Notes: generated by a model from the letters alone, not told the origin. 63,300 nt of DNA, filler included, from Acidimicrobiia bacterium (GCA_041577335.1; 4 parts of 3 records of this genome joined end to end with filler, not necessarily neighbours in it); one strand, 5' to 3'. Positions 21,018-31,291 are shown, counted from the first letter of the whole stretch. Made by a program: numbers and translations.

Positions 21018-22678
21018 ATCGCACCAAGCCTCGCTTCTCTTTGATCATGACTGCGTTGTTCCTGCTGGCAGCACTCGCCGGGCCCGCCCAGGCGCTCTCT
21101 AACCCCGCGGCAAAACCGTCGATGAATGCGGTCGCACAAGCCGACGCACCCGATGCGTGGACCGGCGTCACGCTTGCCGTGCCGGTGGATTTTCCTACGA
21201 TCCAGTCGGCAGTCGATGCCGCCCAACCTGGCGACCTCGTTCTCATCGGACCAGGCGTCTACAAGGAAGCCGTCGCAGTGACCACGCCGGGTCTGACGAT
21301 CCGCGGCACCGATCGCAATACCGTGATCCTCGACGGTGAATTCACCCGCGAGAACGGCGTGTTCGTCACCGCCGACGGCGTCGCCATCGAGAACATGACT
21401 GCCCGCAATTACACGGTCAACGGCTTCTTCTGGACGGGAGTTACCGGCTATCGAGGGTCGTACCTCACCGCCATAGATGACTGGGTGTACGGCATCTACG
21501 CCTTCGATTCCGTAGACGGATTGCTCGAGCACTCGTATGCCTCGGGTTCTTGGGACGCCGGCTTCTACATCGGGCAATGCGATCCGTGTGATGCCGTTGT
21601 CACCGATGTCCTCGCCGAGTTCAACGGGCTGGGGTACTCCGGCACCAACAGCTCCACCAACATCTACATCGTCAATTCGGAGTGGCGCAACAATGTCGGC
21701 GGCATAGCCCCCAACACCCTCGATTCCGAGCTCCTCCCTCCGGCCCACGATGTCGTGGTCGCAGGCAATTACATCCATCACAACGGAGAAGAGGGACGCG
21801 CCCCCAGCCGGACCGCCGAGTGGTCCGCCTATGGGAGCGGCGTCGTTCTGGCCGGGGTACGCGACTCGGTGGTGCGCAACAATCTGATGGTCAACAACCG
21901 AACCGCGGGAGTACAAGTCGTCTCGATGATCGATGCCAATCTGTGGCCGTCGGGAGGCAACCAGGTACGGAATAACGTGATCATGGGCTCAGGTCGGGCG
22001 GACCTCTTGCTCGGGGGGCCGCTGGAACAGGGCTCGTGCTTCAGCGACAACGACATCTCCACCAGCGTGCCGCGATACATTCAGGTGCTCCATAGCTGCG
22101 GCGGCCTCAACGTCCCTCTCTGGTACGGACTCGCCACTTCTTCGGACCCGTTAGGCCGAATCGCGCAGGCGTCCAATGGTCAGAACCCCCAACTCGACCA
22201 TGGGGACGCACCCAAGCCCGATCTCACTTTCGATCAGCTGCCCGGGGGGGCAGAGGCGCCGGTGGTGCCCGCCGTCGACGTTTTTGCCTCGCTCGATTTC
22301 GATCCGACGGCAATCAGCACGCCCGCCCTACCGACCGGTGTCGAGATCGACGGACGCCGCCCGGTCGTGCTCGGAATCGCGGTCGATGGTGGTTTCTGGC
22401 CCGTTCTGATGGGCGCGCTGCTCTGGTGGATCCCCCTACTGATCTGGGTCCTTGGCGGTCTGTGGGCACTGTTCGGGATCGTCACATCCAGCCGCGGTTT
22501 GTTTTTGAAGGCGATTTGGTCGGCAATCGTCATTGTCATCCCCGTCATCGGTGTCATGCTGTACGCCGCGTTCGGTTCAGGGCAACGCCGAGTGAGGCGA
22601 ATCGCAGTCGTCGCCGCAGGCAGCCTCGCCTGGCTGGTCGCGGTGGTGGGCGCTCTGTTGATTGGGGGAGTGTTCTAG
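21014..22678 (+). CDS. Secreted right-handed beta-helix protein with C-terminal membrane domain
   Basis: Signal peptide, PTIQSAVDAAQPGD, Asn-rich repeats, GFYIGQCDPC, C-terminal PLDc_N-like TM segments. Confidence 0.8.
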   Translation: MNRTKPRFSLIMTALFLLAALAGPAQALSNPAAKPSMNAVAQADAPDAWTGVTLAVPVDFPTIQSAVDAAQPGDLVLIGPGVYKEAVAVTTPGLTIRGTDRNTVILDGEFTRENGVFVTADGVAIENMTARNYTVNGFFWTGVTGYRGSYLTAIDDWVYGIYAFDSVDGLLEHSYASGSWDAGFYIGQCDPCDAVVTDVLAEFNGLGYSGTNSSTNIYIVNSEWRNNVGGIAPNTLDSELLPPAHDVVVAGNYIHHNGEEGRAPSRTAEWSAYGSGVVLAGVRDSVVRNNLMVNNRTAGVQVVSMIDANLWPSGGNQVRNNVIMGSGRADLLLGGPLEQGSCFSDNDISTSVPRYIQVLHSCGGLNVPLWYGLATSSDPLGRIAQASNGQNPQLDHGDAPKPDLTFDQLPGGAEAPVVPAVDVFASLDFDPTAISTPALPTGVEIDGRRPVVLGIAVDGGFWPVLMGALLWWIPLLIWVLGGLWALFGIVTSSRGLFLKAIWSAIVIVIPVIGVMLYAAFGSGQRRVRRIAVVAAGSLAWLVAVVGALLIGGVF

Positions 22679-22681
22679 ATC

Positions 22682-23758
22682 ATGAGCGGCAAGCAGACCT
22701 CTGACAATGATCCAGAAGAAGCGGCGGGCTTCAATCGCCGGGAGGCACTGAAACGGGTCGGCACCGGAGGTTTGTCTGTCCTGGGAGCCGGCGTGGTCGT
22801 TGGGTCTCTGGGGTCCCGAGCCGCCGCGGGAGACGACGCGCCCGGGGCGCCGGGCGACGGACAGTCAGATGAGTACGGAGCAGGGTTGTTCTCGGATGAG
22901 CTCCCGGTGGGCGCCGCAGCCGGACCATATGGAGGAGAGTACGCCCCGCCCGAACATACAGCCGCCGACGCGCTCGACCACCTGACCTTCCCTCCGGCTC
23001 CTCGCAGCGGGACCGTGGAAGTCGAGATGGCCGTCGTCGAGGTACCGATCGAGGTGAGCAGGGCACATACCGTTGCCGGTTGGACGTACAACGGGACGGC
23101 CCCGGGGCCGACGATTCGAGCAACCGAAGGCGATCTGATCCGCGTTCACTTCTCCAATAGGACGAACCACGATCACAACTTGCATTTTCACGGAAGCCAC
23201 TCTCCCCAACACGACGGCTGGGAACCAATCCCTCCTGGCGGAGAGACCGTCTATGAGATCGTGGCGGGACCCGCCGGCGTTCACCCGTATCACTGCCACA
23301 CGATGCCTATCAACAGGCATATCTCGAAGGGCCTGTATGGCACCCTCATCGTCGATCCACCAGAGGCAAGACCGGATGCTCATGAGGTCGTTCTCGCACT
23401 GTCAGGATGGGACATCGACGACGACGGTCACAACGAGCTGTATTCGTGGAATGGGATTGCCGGGTTCTTCCAGAAGTACCCGATCAAGGTTCCGGCAGGC
23501 GAGCTCGTCCGTGCCTATGTCTTGAACATGACCGAGTTCGATCCGATTGCATCGTTCCACCTACACGCCCAAACGTTTGCTGTCTATCCGGCGGGCATGG
23601 GGTCAGAGCCGGCCTTTGCCTCGGACGTGGTGACGTTCGGACAAATGGACCGGGCCATCCTCGAGTTCGAACTCCCTCAGCGTGGCCGCTACATGTTCCA
23701 TCCCCACCAACACTCGATCGCCCAGCGAGGGGCCATGGGGTGGTTCTCGGCGACATAG
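22682..23758 (+). CDS. Tat-exported two-domain multicopper oxidase
   Basis: NRREALK Tat signal; HNLHFHG, YHCH..HISKGL, FHLH and FHPH motifs. Confidence 0.88.
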   Translation: MSGKQTSDNDPEEAAGFNRREALKRVGTGGLSVLGAGVVVGSLGSRAAAGDDAPGAPGDGQSDEYGAGLFSDELPVGAAAGPYGGEYAPPEHTAADALDHLTFPPAPRSGTVEVEMAVVEVPIEVSRAHTVAGWTYNGTAPGPTIRATEGDLIRVHFSNRTNHDHNLHFHGSHSPQHDGWEPIPPGGETVYEIVAGPAGVHPYHCHTMPINRHISKGLYGTLIVDPPEARPDAHEVVLALSGWDIDDDGHNELYSWNGIAGFFQKYPIKVPAGELVRAYVLNMTEFDPIASFHLHAQTFAVYPAGMGSEPAFASDVVTFGQMDRAILEFELPQRGRYMFHPHQHSIAQRGAMGWFSAT

Positions 23759-23787
23759 GACGGCGCCGCCGATGAAGGAGCGACGCG

Positions 23788-23949
23788 CTAGTCAGGTGGG
23801 CCGGAGTGTTCTTGGCGCTTCTTGGCCAGTGACGCTCCGGCGCCGATCAGGAGCCATCCCGGCATGACGGGAATGACCAAACCGGCGACGCCGACGGCGA
23901 TGAGGGTCATGCCGGTGATCCGGCGGGTCTTGGGGCTGACGTTTCGCAC
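23788..23949 (-). CDS. Small membrane protein (PGPGW-like, 53 aa)
   Basis: Hand translation MRNVSPKTRRITGMTLIAVGVAGLVIPVMPGWLLIGAG... Confidence 0.55.
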   Translation of the reverse strand: MRNVSPKTRRITGMTLIAVGVAGLVIPVMPGWLLIGAGASLAKKRQEHSGPPD

Positions 23950-24092
23950 GTGTGACTAAGACGCATCAGGTGGGCCAAAAGTTCCCTCCGGAAGACTCTT
24001 CTTCCGGGACGGCGGCTTCAGATATGGTTGCAGAGCCGGGCCGGCTCCTGGCCGACTCTCCATCGAGGGTCGAATCGAAAGCGGAGGAGCAC

Positions 24093-24947
24093 ATGGCAGC
24101 TGCGATCGAGGCGAAACATCTCGAGTTCTCCTACCCCGACCAGCGAGCTGTCGACGGCGTGTCCTTCGAAGTTGCCCCCGGCGAGATCCTCGGGTTTTTG
24201 GGTCCCAACGGCGCCGGCAAATCCACGACCATCAAGATGCTCACCGGCCAACTCCGACCCGACGCCGGCGAGGTGATCGTGCTCGGCCACAATATGGCCA
24301 CCGATCGTGATGACGCCCAGGCGCGAATGGGCGTCTGCTTCGAGGAGAAGAATCTCTACGACGCCATGTCCGCCCGTGAGAACCTGGCGTTCTTCTCCAA
24401 GCTGTTCGGTTTGACCGACGTGGATATCGATGGCCTGTTGGCACAGGTGGGGCTGGCGGACCGGGCCGACGACCGTGTTTCGAGCTATTCCAAGGGCATG
24501 CGCCAGCGCCTCATGATGGCCCGGGCGCTCCTCAACCAGCCCGACGTCCTGTTCCTCGACGAGCCAACGGATGGACTGGATCCCGTGTCATCACAGGCGA
24601 TCCGCAAAGTCATCAAGGCTGAGGCGGATCGGGGGGCAGCCGTGCTGCTCACCACGCACGACATGCATGAAGCAGACCTGCTGTCCGACAGAGTTGCATT
24701 CATCAACGACGGAAAGATTCTCGTTGTCGACACGCCCGAGAACCTGAAGCTGGCTCATGGCCGAAGGAGCGTCCGCGTCCGAGCTCGGAACGGCGACGAA
24801 ATAGAAGAGACGGTGATCGAACTCGACGACGACGCCGGCGACCAACTGCACCAGGCGGTTACCAAGGACATCCTCACCATTCATACCGAAGAGGCGACCC
24901 TCGAAGACATCTTCGTGAAGTTCGCCGGACGGGGCTTGGAGGAATGA
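24093..24947 (+). CDS. ABC-2 exporter ATP-binding subunit
   Basis: GPNGAGKST, YSKGM and FLDEPT motifs; RBS GGAGGAG. Confidence 0.93.
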   Translation: MAAAIEAKHLEFSYPDQRAVDGVSFEVAPGEILGFLGPNGAGKSTTIKMLTGQLRPDAGEVIVLGHNMATDRDDAQARMGVCFEEKNLYDAMSARENLAFFSKLFGLTDVDIDGLLAQVGLADRADDRVSSYSKGMRQRLMMARALLNQPDVLFLDEPTDGLDPVSSQAIRKVIKAEADRGAAVLLTTHDMHEADLLSDRVAFINDGKILVVDTPENLKLAHGRRSVRVRARNGDEIEETVIELDDDAGDQLHQAVTKDILTIHTEEATLEDIFVKFAGRGLEE

Positions 24948-26026
24948 TGAGCCGGCGCAAGATCATCGGCGCCATCATCACCAAGGATCTCGTTGCCTTC
25001 ACCCGGGATCGGTTCTTCGTGGCGATGACCGTGCTCGCCATCGTGTTCTACATCGTGTTCTTCTGGGTGTTGCCATCCAGCGTCGACGAGACGATCGAAA
25101 TTGGCGTGACGGGGCCCATCGAATCTCTGTTTCTCGGCGACTTCGGTGGCGACAACGGCGTAGCCATGACCGGCTACGCCAATCGGGCCGACCTGATGGG
25201 TGCCGTCGAGGACGGTTCCGAGGTGGTCGCCGGCCTGGCGTTTCCGGAGTCGTTCTTCGATGATGTCGCCACAGGCAAGCGCGCCACAGTTGAGGTCATC
25301 GTTGGGACCGGGCTTCCACCCGAGATCGAGCAAGCTCTCACCGGCATGGTCGGAGAAATCGCTTTCGCTCTCGCCGGGAGCCCTCTCCCGGTAGAACAGC
25401 TCGACCCCCAGCAGGTGGTGTTGGGAGTGGACCGGACAGGAGATCAGATCCCGCTCCGAGAGCAGATGCGACCCCTCCTGGCGGTATTGGTACTCCTCGT
25501 TGAATCGCTGGCCTTGGCCGCGCTCGTGGCAGAGGAGATCCGCGCCAAGACCGTGCAGGCCGTGCTGGTCACCCCGGCACGTCTCACCGATTTCCTCGCC
25601 TCGAAGGCAATCATGGGAACCCTTCTCGCCTTCAGCCAGGTCGTCTTGATCATGGCCGCGATTCGTGCACTCGATCCCAATCCGGCGCTGCTGCTCACCG
25701 CTGCGCTCCTGGGCTCGATCATGGTCACCGGCATCGGTCTCATTGCTGGATCGAGTGGTGGCGACTTCATGCAGGTGCTGTTCATCGGGATGGCGTTCCT
25801 CATTCCGCTCATGATCCCGGCGCTGGCCGTGTTGTTTCCCGGGTCGGCCGCCACCTGGGTACAGATCATCCCGAGCTACCCGCTCTCGACCATCATCGTG
25901 GATGTCAGTTCGTTTGGAGCCGGCTGGGCTGATGTCGCCGGTCGGCTGGTGCTGCTGGCGGGTTGGTGCCTCGCCCTCCTCGCCATTGGTGTAGAGATCT
26001 TGCGGAGAAAGGTGCAGACAATATGA
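24944..26026 (+). CDS. ABC-2 exporter permease
   Basis: TM, extracellular loop, TM cluster; EEIRAKT...VTP motif. Confidence 0.88.
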   Translation: MMSRRKIIGAIITKDLVAFTRDRFFVAMTVLAIVFYIVFFWVLPSSVDETIEIGVTGPIESLFLGDFGGDNGVAMTGYANRADLMGAVEDGSEVVAGLAFPESFFDDVATGKRATVEVIVGTGLPPEIEQALTGMVGEIAFALAGSPLPVEQLDPQQVVLGVDRTGDQIPLREQMRPLLAVLVLLVESLALAALVAEEIRAKTVQAVLVTPARLTDFLASKAIMGTLLAFSQVVLIMAAIRALDPNPALLLTAALLGSIMVTGIGLIAGSSGGDFMQVLFIGMAFLIPLMIPALAVLFPGSAATWVQIIPSYPLSTIIVDVSSFGAGWADVAGRLVLLAGWCLALLAIGVEILRRKVQTI

Positions 26027-27087
26027 CGCTGCGACGCACCTGGACGATCTTCGCCAGGACCATGCGGCTCGGCCCGCGCTCTCCGTTCTTCTGGTGGGCA
26101 CTGGTGTTGCCGGTTCTGTTCACTTTCCTCGTGCAAGGCGTGTTCGGCGACCTGTTCGCACCCGCCCCGACGCTGGCGATCGTCGACTTGGGCAACTCCG
26201 AGGTGGCGGCAGGCGCCGAGGCCCTCGACGGAATCGAGGTGTCGCGTGTTGACGATGTTGAGACACTGACCACAGCCGTCGAAGCACACGATTTCGACGC
26301 CGGCCTGATACTGCGTGATGGGTTCGACGAGGCGCTACGCGCCGGCACCCGACCCCTCCTCGAGCTCTACGTTGCCGGCGAGAGCCTGGCGTCGAACCGA
26401 GTGGTGCTGGCAGTGACCACGTTGGATCTCATCCGTACGGTGGAGGGCTCAACGCCGCCTATCGACGTGAGCGTGGTGTCGCTTGGCGAAGAGGCAGCAA
26501 CCATCACGGCGCGCACGCTGCCGCTCATCGCAATGATGGCGGTCGCGGTCGCAGGCGCCTTCGTCCCCGCCGCGAACCTGGTCCAGGAGAAGGAGGATCA
26601 GACCATGAACGCTGTCCTCGTGACTCCTGCGACCATCGGCGACTTCTTTGCGGCCAAGGCTCTCATGGGAGTGGTATTGGCGATCGCTACCGGCGTCATG
26701 ACACTGGCTCTCAACAACGCCTTCGGCTCCCAACCGCTCGCCCTGACGCTGGTCATTGTGGTCGCGGCCATCATGATGGCCGAGCTCGGGCTGCTGCTGG
26801 GTTCCTGGGCGCCCGACCAGAACGCCATGTTCGCCGCTTGGAAGACCGGGGCGATCCTGATCATCTTCCCGGTCATCTTCTACTTGTTCCCCACCCTCCC
26901 CCAATGGATCGCCCAACTCGGCCCCACCTACTATTTCCTCAACCCCCTCTTCGAGCTGGCCATCGGCGGTGCAACCTTCTCCGACGTGATCGGAACCCTG
27001 CTGGTGGCGCTGGCCGTATGTGTCGCCCTCCTGCCAGTCGTCGTGTGGTCGGCCCGAAGGCTCGAGCAGCGAATGGCCTCTGTGTAG
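26023..27087 (+). CDS. ABC-2 exporter permease
   Basis: Paralogous layout; QEKEDQT...VTP motif; ATGA overlap. Confidence 0.88.
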   Translation: MTLRRTWTIFARTMRLGPRSPFFWWALVLPVLFTFLVQGVFGDLFAPAPTLAIVDLGNSEVAAGAEALDGIEVSRVDDVETLTTAVEAHDFDAGLILRDGFDEALRAGTRPLLELYVAGESLASNRVVLAVTTLDLIRTVEGSTPPIDVSVVSLGEEAATITARTLPLIAMMAVAVAGAFVPAANLVQEKEDQTMNAVLVTPATIGDFFAAKALMGVVLAIATGVMTLALNNAFGSQPLALTLVIVVAAIMMAELGLLLGSWAPDQNAMFAAWKTGAILIIFPVIFYLFPTLPQWIAQLGPTYYFLNPLFELAIGGATFSDVIGTLLVALAVCVALLPVVVWSARRLEQRMASV

Positions 27088-27089
27088 GG

Positions 27090-27260
27090 GCAATCTCCTC
27101 CGTTCGCGAAGCCGTAGGCAAGAACCTCGCCTGCGGCTCGGCCCCCCTCCCCCTTCGGGGTACTCCCCCAACGCTCGGCGAAGCCTCGCTGGAGGGAGAA
27201 ATGAGAAAGCTCCTCCCCTCGCGAAGCCGTGAGCGCCGAGTTGGGGCGACAACGCGAGGC
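27090..27260. repeat. Intergenic palindromic repeat cluster (family B)
   Basis: CTCCCCCAACGCTC...TCGCTGGAGG at 27163-27195, also at 33186-33216; local direct repeat TCGCGAAGCCGT. Confidence 0.55.
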
Positions 27261-27330
27261 GCTCTCGAATGCAGTTGCTACGAAACCTCGTATCCCCTCG
27301 TAACGCGCATCCCGCTGTATCTTCGAGATC

Positions 27331-27906
27331 ATGAACACTGCACCCGCGCGGCCCAGTGCGTCCCAAGTCCTCACCACCGGGGTGGCGATCATCGCCGCCA
27401 TCGTGGGGGTGATGTGGCTGGTCGAAATCGTCGACTCGGTCTTGTTGAGCGATCGACTGCAAGTGCAGTTTGGAATCCTCCCGCGTCGGGGCAGCGGCCT
27501 CGACGGTATTGCCTTCGCGCCGCTCCTCCATGCCGACTTCCCGCACCTGATCGCCAACACCGTTCCCTTCCTGGTGCTGGGCGGCCTCGTCATGGTGCGA
27601 GGGGTGAAGCGATGGCTGGCTGTGACAGCCACGGTTGTCGTCATCGGCGGCGGGCTCACCTGGCTCCTGGCGGGGAATGGCATTCACATCGGCGCCAGTG
27701 GCGTGGTGTTCGGGTACCTCGGGTACCTCGTGGCAACGGCGTTTTTCGAGCGGCGGATCGGCCCAGTCATTCCGGCGCTGATCGCCGTCGTCCTATACGG
27801 AGGCGCCGTCGTCGGGTTCCTACCGCAGGCCGGCATTTCGTGGGAGAGTCACCTTTTTGGGGCTGTCGCCGGCGTCATCGCGGCGCGCGTCTTGGCAAGC
27901 CGGTAG
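27331..27906 (+). CDS. Rhomboid intramembrane serine protease
   Basis: HLIAN, HIGASG and SWESHLFG motifs. Confidence 0.92.
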   Translation: MNTAPARPSASQVLTTGVAIIAAIVGVMWLVEIVDSVLLSDRLQVQFGILPRRGSGLDGIAFAPLLHADFPHLIANTVPFLVLGGLVMVRGVKRWLAVTATVVVIGGGLTWLLAGNGIHIGASGVVFGYLGYLVATAFFERRIGPVIPALIAVVLYGGAVVGFLPQAGISWESHLFGAVAGVIAARVLASR

Positions 27907-27976
27907 CCCCTCCGATTCGCCGTTTCGTCGGCACGCCCGCCCGATCGGCCGCCTCGTCGATATACGGGGGTGGGCC

Positions 27977-29782
27977 CTAGAACGCCTCGTCAGGGAAGTC
28001 CATGAGCCAACCGTCCTCGGTCTCTGTGGCTGCGCGCCGCACCGCTATCTTGGGAAGGGCGTCGCTGACGAAGAAGCGAGCGCTGGCGATCTTGCCCTCG
28101 TAGAAGGCTCTGTCGTCGCCCTCGGCATCGGGTAGCGCAGCGGCGGCGATCTCGGCATGGCGCAGCAGCAGCCAGGCGATCACCACCTCGGAGAGCGACT
28201 CCAGGTTGGCATTGAGGTGCAAACCGACCTTGTAGATCTCGGTGGGCTCTTGCATGGATCCCATGAGGTGGTTCACCAACACACCGAGCTGTGCCTGAGC
28301 GTTGTCGAGACCTTGACCCAGCATTTCACGCTCTTTGGCGAGCACGTCACCGTCTTCGGTGTCCTTGACGAATTCGGCGATCTCGGCGGCGAGCTTGGTG
28401 AGCGTCTGGCCCTGATCCCGGGCGATCTTGCGGAAGAACAGGTCCATCGCCTGGATCCCCGTGGTTCCTTCATACAGGGTGTCGATCTTGGCGTCGCGGA
28501 TGTACTGCTCGATCGGATAGGCCTGTGTGAAGCCCGACCCGCCGAACACCTGCAGCGAGGTCGCCAATAGCTCGTAGGCCTTCTCGGACGAATAGCCCTT
28601 GACCATCGGGAGCAGCAGGTCGTTGAGGCGGTCCCAGCGATCGTCGTCGGGAAAGCGGACGACCTGGTCCTGTACCCAGGCGGTGTACATCAGCAGAGCT
28701 CGTAGCCCTTCGGCGTACGATTTCTGGAGCATGAGCATTCGTCGCACGTTGGGGTGGCGGATGATCTCGACACGGGGCGAGGTCTTGTCGGTTGCCTTGG
28801 TGAGGTCGGGGCCCTGCTTGCGCTCCTTGGCATACTCCAGGGAGTTGAGATAGCCAGTCGAAAGGGTGGCGGCCGACTTGGTGCCGATCAGCATGCGAGC
28901 GTGCTCGATGACTCGGAACATCTGGCGGATCCCATCGTGCTTCGAGCCAACCAGCCAGCCCTGCGCCGGCGTGTCGGCGCCGAACGTCACCTCACACGTT
29001 GTTGAGCCCTTGATCCCCATCTTCTTTTCGATATTGGTGACGAACACGCCATTGCGATCCCCCAGCGATCCGTCGTCATTGATGAGGAACTTGGGAACCA
29101 TGAAGAGCGACAATCCTTTGGTGCCTGGACCGGCGCCTTCTGGCCGGGCGAGGACCAGATGGACGATGTTGTCGGTGTGGTCGTATTCCCCGGAGGTGAT
29201 GAAGCGTTTCACGCCTTCGAGGTGGTAGAGGTCGCCCTCAACATGTGTGGCTTTGCTGGTCCCCGCACCGACGTCCGATCCTGCTTCCGGCTCGGTGAGC
29301 ACCATCGTCCCGCCCCAATTGTTGTCGAGCATGAGGTCGGCGATGCGTTGCTGGTCGGCATTGCCCTCCTCGAAGAGAACCCGGGCCATCAGCTCACCGG
29401 ACAGGTAGAGGTAGGCGGTGGGGTTGCTGCCGGTGAGCATTTCCACGGTCGCCCACACCAGCGATGGAGTTGCGCCCATGCCACCGAGCTCGGGGGGCAT
29501 CGACAGGCGCGCCCAGCCGCCATCGCGATACGCATCCAAGGATTTCTTGAGCCCTGCCGGGAGTTCGACGCTCCCATCGACGAGCTCCAACGGCACGCGA
29601 TCGGCTTCGACGAAGCTGTCGGCGAAGTCCTCGCAGGCAAGCCGCTCGATCTCGCGAAGAATCATCCGAGCGGTCTCGGTGTCCATGCCCTCGAAGGCCC
29701 CGCTGCCGAGGTAGCCGGTGATGTCGTTGGCCTCGAAAAGGTTGAATTCGAGGTCTCTGAGATTTGGCTTGTAGTGACTCAT
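27977..29782 (-). CDS. Acyl-CoA dehydrogenase (FadE5-like)
   Basis: MSHYKPNLRD, TMVLTEPEAGSDVG, GVKRFITSG and LYEGTTGIQ motifs. Confidence 0.93.
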   Translation of the reverse strand: MSHYKPNLRDLEFNLFEANDITGYLGSGAFEGMDTETARMILREIERLACEDFADSFVEADRVPLELVDGSVELPAGLKKSLDAYRDGGWARLSMPPELGGMGATPSLVWATVEMLTGSNPTAYLYLSGELMARVLFEEGNADQQRIADLMLDNNWGGTMVLTEPEAGSDVGAGTSKATHVEGDLYHLEGVKRFITSGEYDHTDNIVHLVLARPEGAGPGTKGLSLFMVPKFLINDDGSLGDRNGVFVTNIEKKMGIKGSTTCEVTFGADTPAQGWLVGSKHDGIRQMFRVIEHARMLIGTKSAATLSTGYLNSLEYAKERKQGPDLTKATDKTSPRVEIIRHPNVRRMLMLQKSYAEGLRALLMYTAWVQDQVVRFPDDDRWDRLNDLLLPMVKGYSSEKAYELLATSLQVFGGSGFTQAYPIEQYIRDAKIDTLYEGTTGIQAMDLFFRKIARDQGQTLTKLAAEIAEFVKDTEDGDVLAKEREMLGQGLDNAQAQLGVLVNHLMGSMQEPTEIYKVGLHLNANLESLSEVVIAWLLLRHAEIAAAALPDAEGDDRAFYEGKIASARFFVSDALPKIAVRRAATETEDGWLMDFPDEAF

Positions 29783-29795
29783 GACTCCCTGCTTC

Positions 29796-29811
29796 TTGAG
29801 TATTGACTCAA
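29796..29811. promoter_or_regulatory. Candidate TetR operator
   Basis: Perfect TTGAGT-N4-ACTCAA in an AT-rich divergent intergenic region; extra ACTCAA half-site at 29824-29829. Confidence 0.6.
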
Positions 29812-29928
29812 TTTTATACGATCACTCAAAGTTATGCACCCGTTATGTCGTATTGTCGACACCGGGAAGGCTTTTCTGTAGGGCCTTCGGCCCTTACCAT
29901 TGCCGCCACTCGGAGAAAGATCACAGTC

Positions 29929-30492
29929 ATGGCCCGCTACAAGTCGGGGATCGCCACCCAAGAACGAATCCTGGAGTCAACCCGCGGGCTGCTGGGCGAG
30001 GTTGGGTTTGAGTCGACCACCGTGAAAGCCATCTGCGAACGCGCTCACATTCGAGCCGGCTCCTTCTACAACCTGTTCGACTCCAAGGATCAGGTGATTC
30101 TCACGGTGGTCAGGGAAGCCATCCAAGCTGTCGATCCGGACCCGGAGGGGATCGGTTCGGACACTGTCGGGCAACTTGCTCAGACCTACATCGACTTCAT
30201 TCTCAACGAGCGCCAGATGGGGCGGGTCTATCTACAGCTCGCTCTCACGGCCGGGCTCACCGACGAGACGCTCCGCCGTCGGATGCTCCGACATCACCAG
30301 CACCGCGTCAATAGATTCACCGACGCGCTTCTTCGAGAACACCCGGCGCTCACCGCGGACGAAGCGCGCACACGAATGCAACTCCTCATCGCCGGGCTCA
30401 ACGGCCTTGCCTACCACTGGGTGCTCGACCCCGAGTTCGATATCAGAAGCAAGGCCGACATCCTCGTCCGGGAGCGTGTAGGAATCGCTTAG
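29929..30492 (+). CDS. TetR/AcrR family regulator
   Basis: N-terminal HTH: RILES...GFESTTVKAICERAHI..GSFYNLFDSK. Confidence 0.9.
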   Translation: MARYKSGIATQERILESTRGLLGEVGFESTTVKAICERAHIRAGSFYNLFDSKDQVILTVVREAIQAVDPDPEGIGSDTVGQLAQTYIDFILNERQMGRVYLQLALTAGLTDETLRRRMLRHHQHRVNRFTDALLREHPALTADEARTRMQLLIAGLNGLAYHWVLDPEFDIRSKADILVRERVGIA

Positions 30493-30511
30493 ATCCGAGA
30501 AAAGGACATTC

Positions 30512-31291
30512 GTGGAAACGCTGCTATTCGAGGTCGACGACAGCCTCGCCATCCTGACCCTCAACCGGCCCGACGAAGCCAACGCCATGAACCTCACCAT
30601 GATGCAGGAGCTGATGCAGGTTTCGATCACGTGCGATGAAGATCCGGCCATTCGCTGCCTGGTCGTCACAGGCTCGGGTCCCATGTTCTCTGCCGGCGGA
30701 GACATGAAGGCGTTCGTCGCCTCGGAGGATACGGGCCGCCTTCTCAAGGAAATGACCGTGTACTTTCACGCGGCGGTTTCCCGGTTTGCCCGCATGGACG
30801 CGCCGGTGATCATGGCCGTGAACGGCACCGCCGCCGGGGCCGGTTTCTCCTTTGCTGCCAGCGGTGACATCACGCTCGCCGCGGAATCGGCCAAATTCGT
30901 GTCTGCGTACACGGCCGGTGGCCTGTCGCCCGACGGCAGTTCGACCTTCTTCGTACCTCGCCTGCTGGGCTGGCGGAAGGCCATGGAGCTCATGCTCACC
31001 AACCGCTCACTTACAGCCGCCGAAGCAGCCGAATGGGGCCTGATCAATAGGGTTGTTCCCGATGCCGACCTCATGGCCGAAGCAACGGCGCTCGGCCGGA
31101 AGTTCGCCGCGGGCCCCACCAAGGCATACGGCAAGGTGAAGCACATGCTTCAGCAGACTTTCTCCGAAACCCTCGAGTCGCAGATGGAGCTGGAAGCCCG
31201 CAGCATCGCCGATCTCACCCGAACCGATGATCTGGCCGAAGGCGTGCTGGCCTTCAACGAGAAGCGACGTCCGGAGTTCAAGGGCTCATGA
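30512..31291 (+). CDS. Enoyl-CoA hydratase/isomerase
   Basis: LNRP..ANAM, FSAGGD, AVNGTAAGAG and GLSPDG motifs. Confidence 0.93.
   Translation: METLLFEVDDSLAILTLNRPDEANAMNLTMMQELMQVSITCDEDPAIRCLVVTGSGPMFSAGGDMKAFVASEDTGRLLKEMTVYFHAAVSRFARMDAPVIMAVNGTAAGAGFSFAASGDITLAAESAKFVSAYTAGGLSPDGSSTFFVPRLLGWRKAMELMLTNRSLTAAEAAEWGLINRVVPDADLMAEATALGRKFAAGPTKAYGKVKHMLQQTFSETLESQMELEARSIADLTRTDDLAEGVLAFNEKRRPEFKGS

Noticed and set aside
22682..23758. nirK call
   Set aside because: HxH motifs in both domains point to a trinuclear-site two-domain oxidase.
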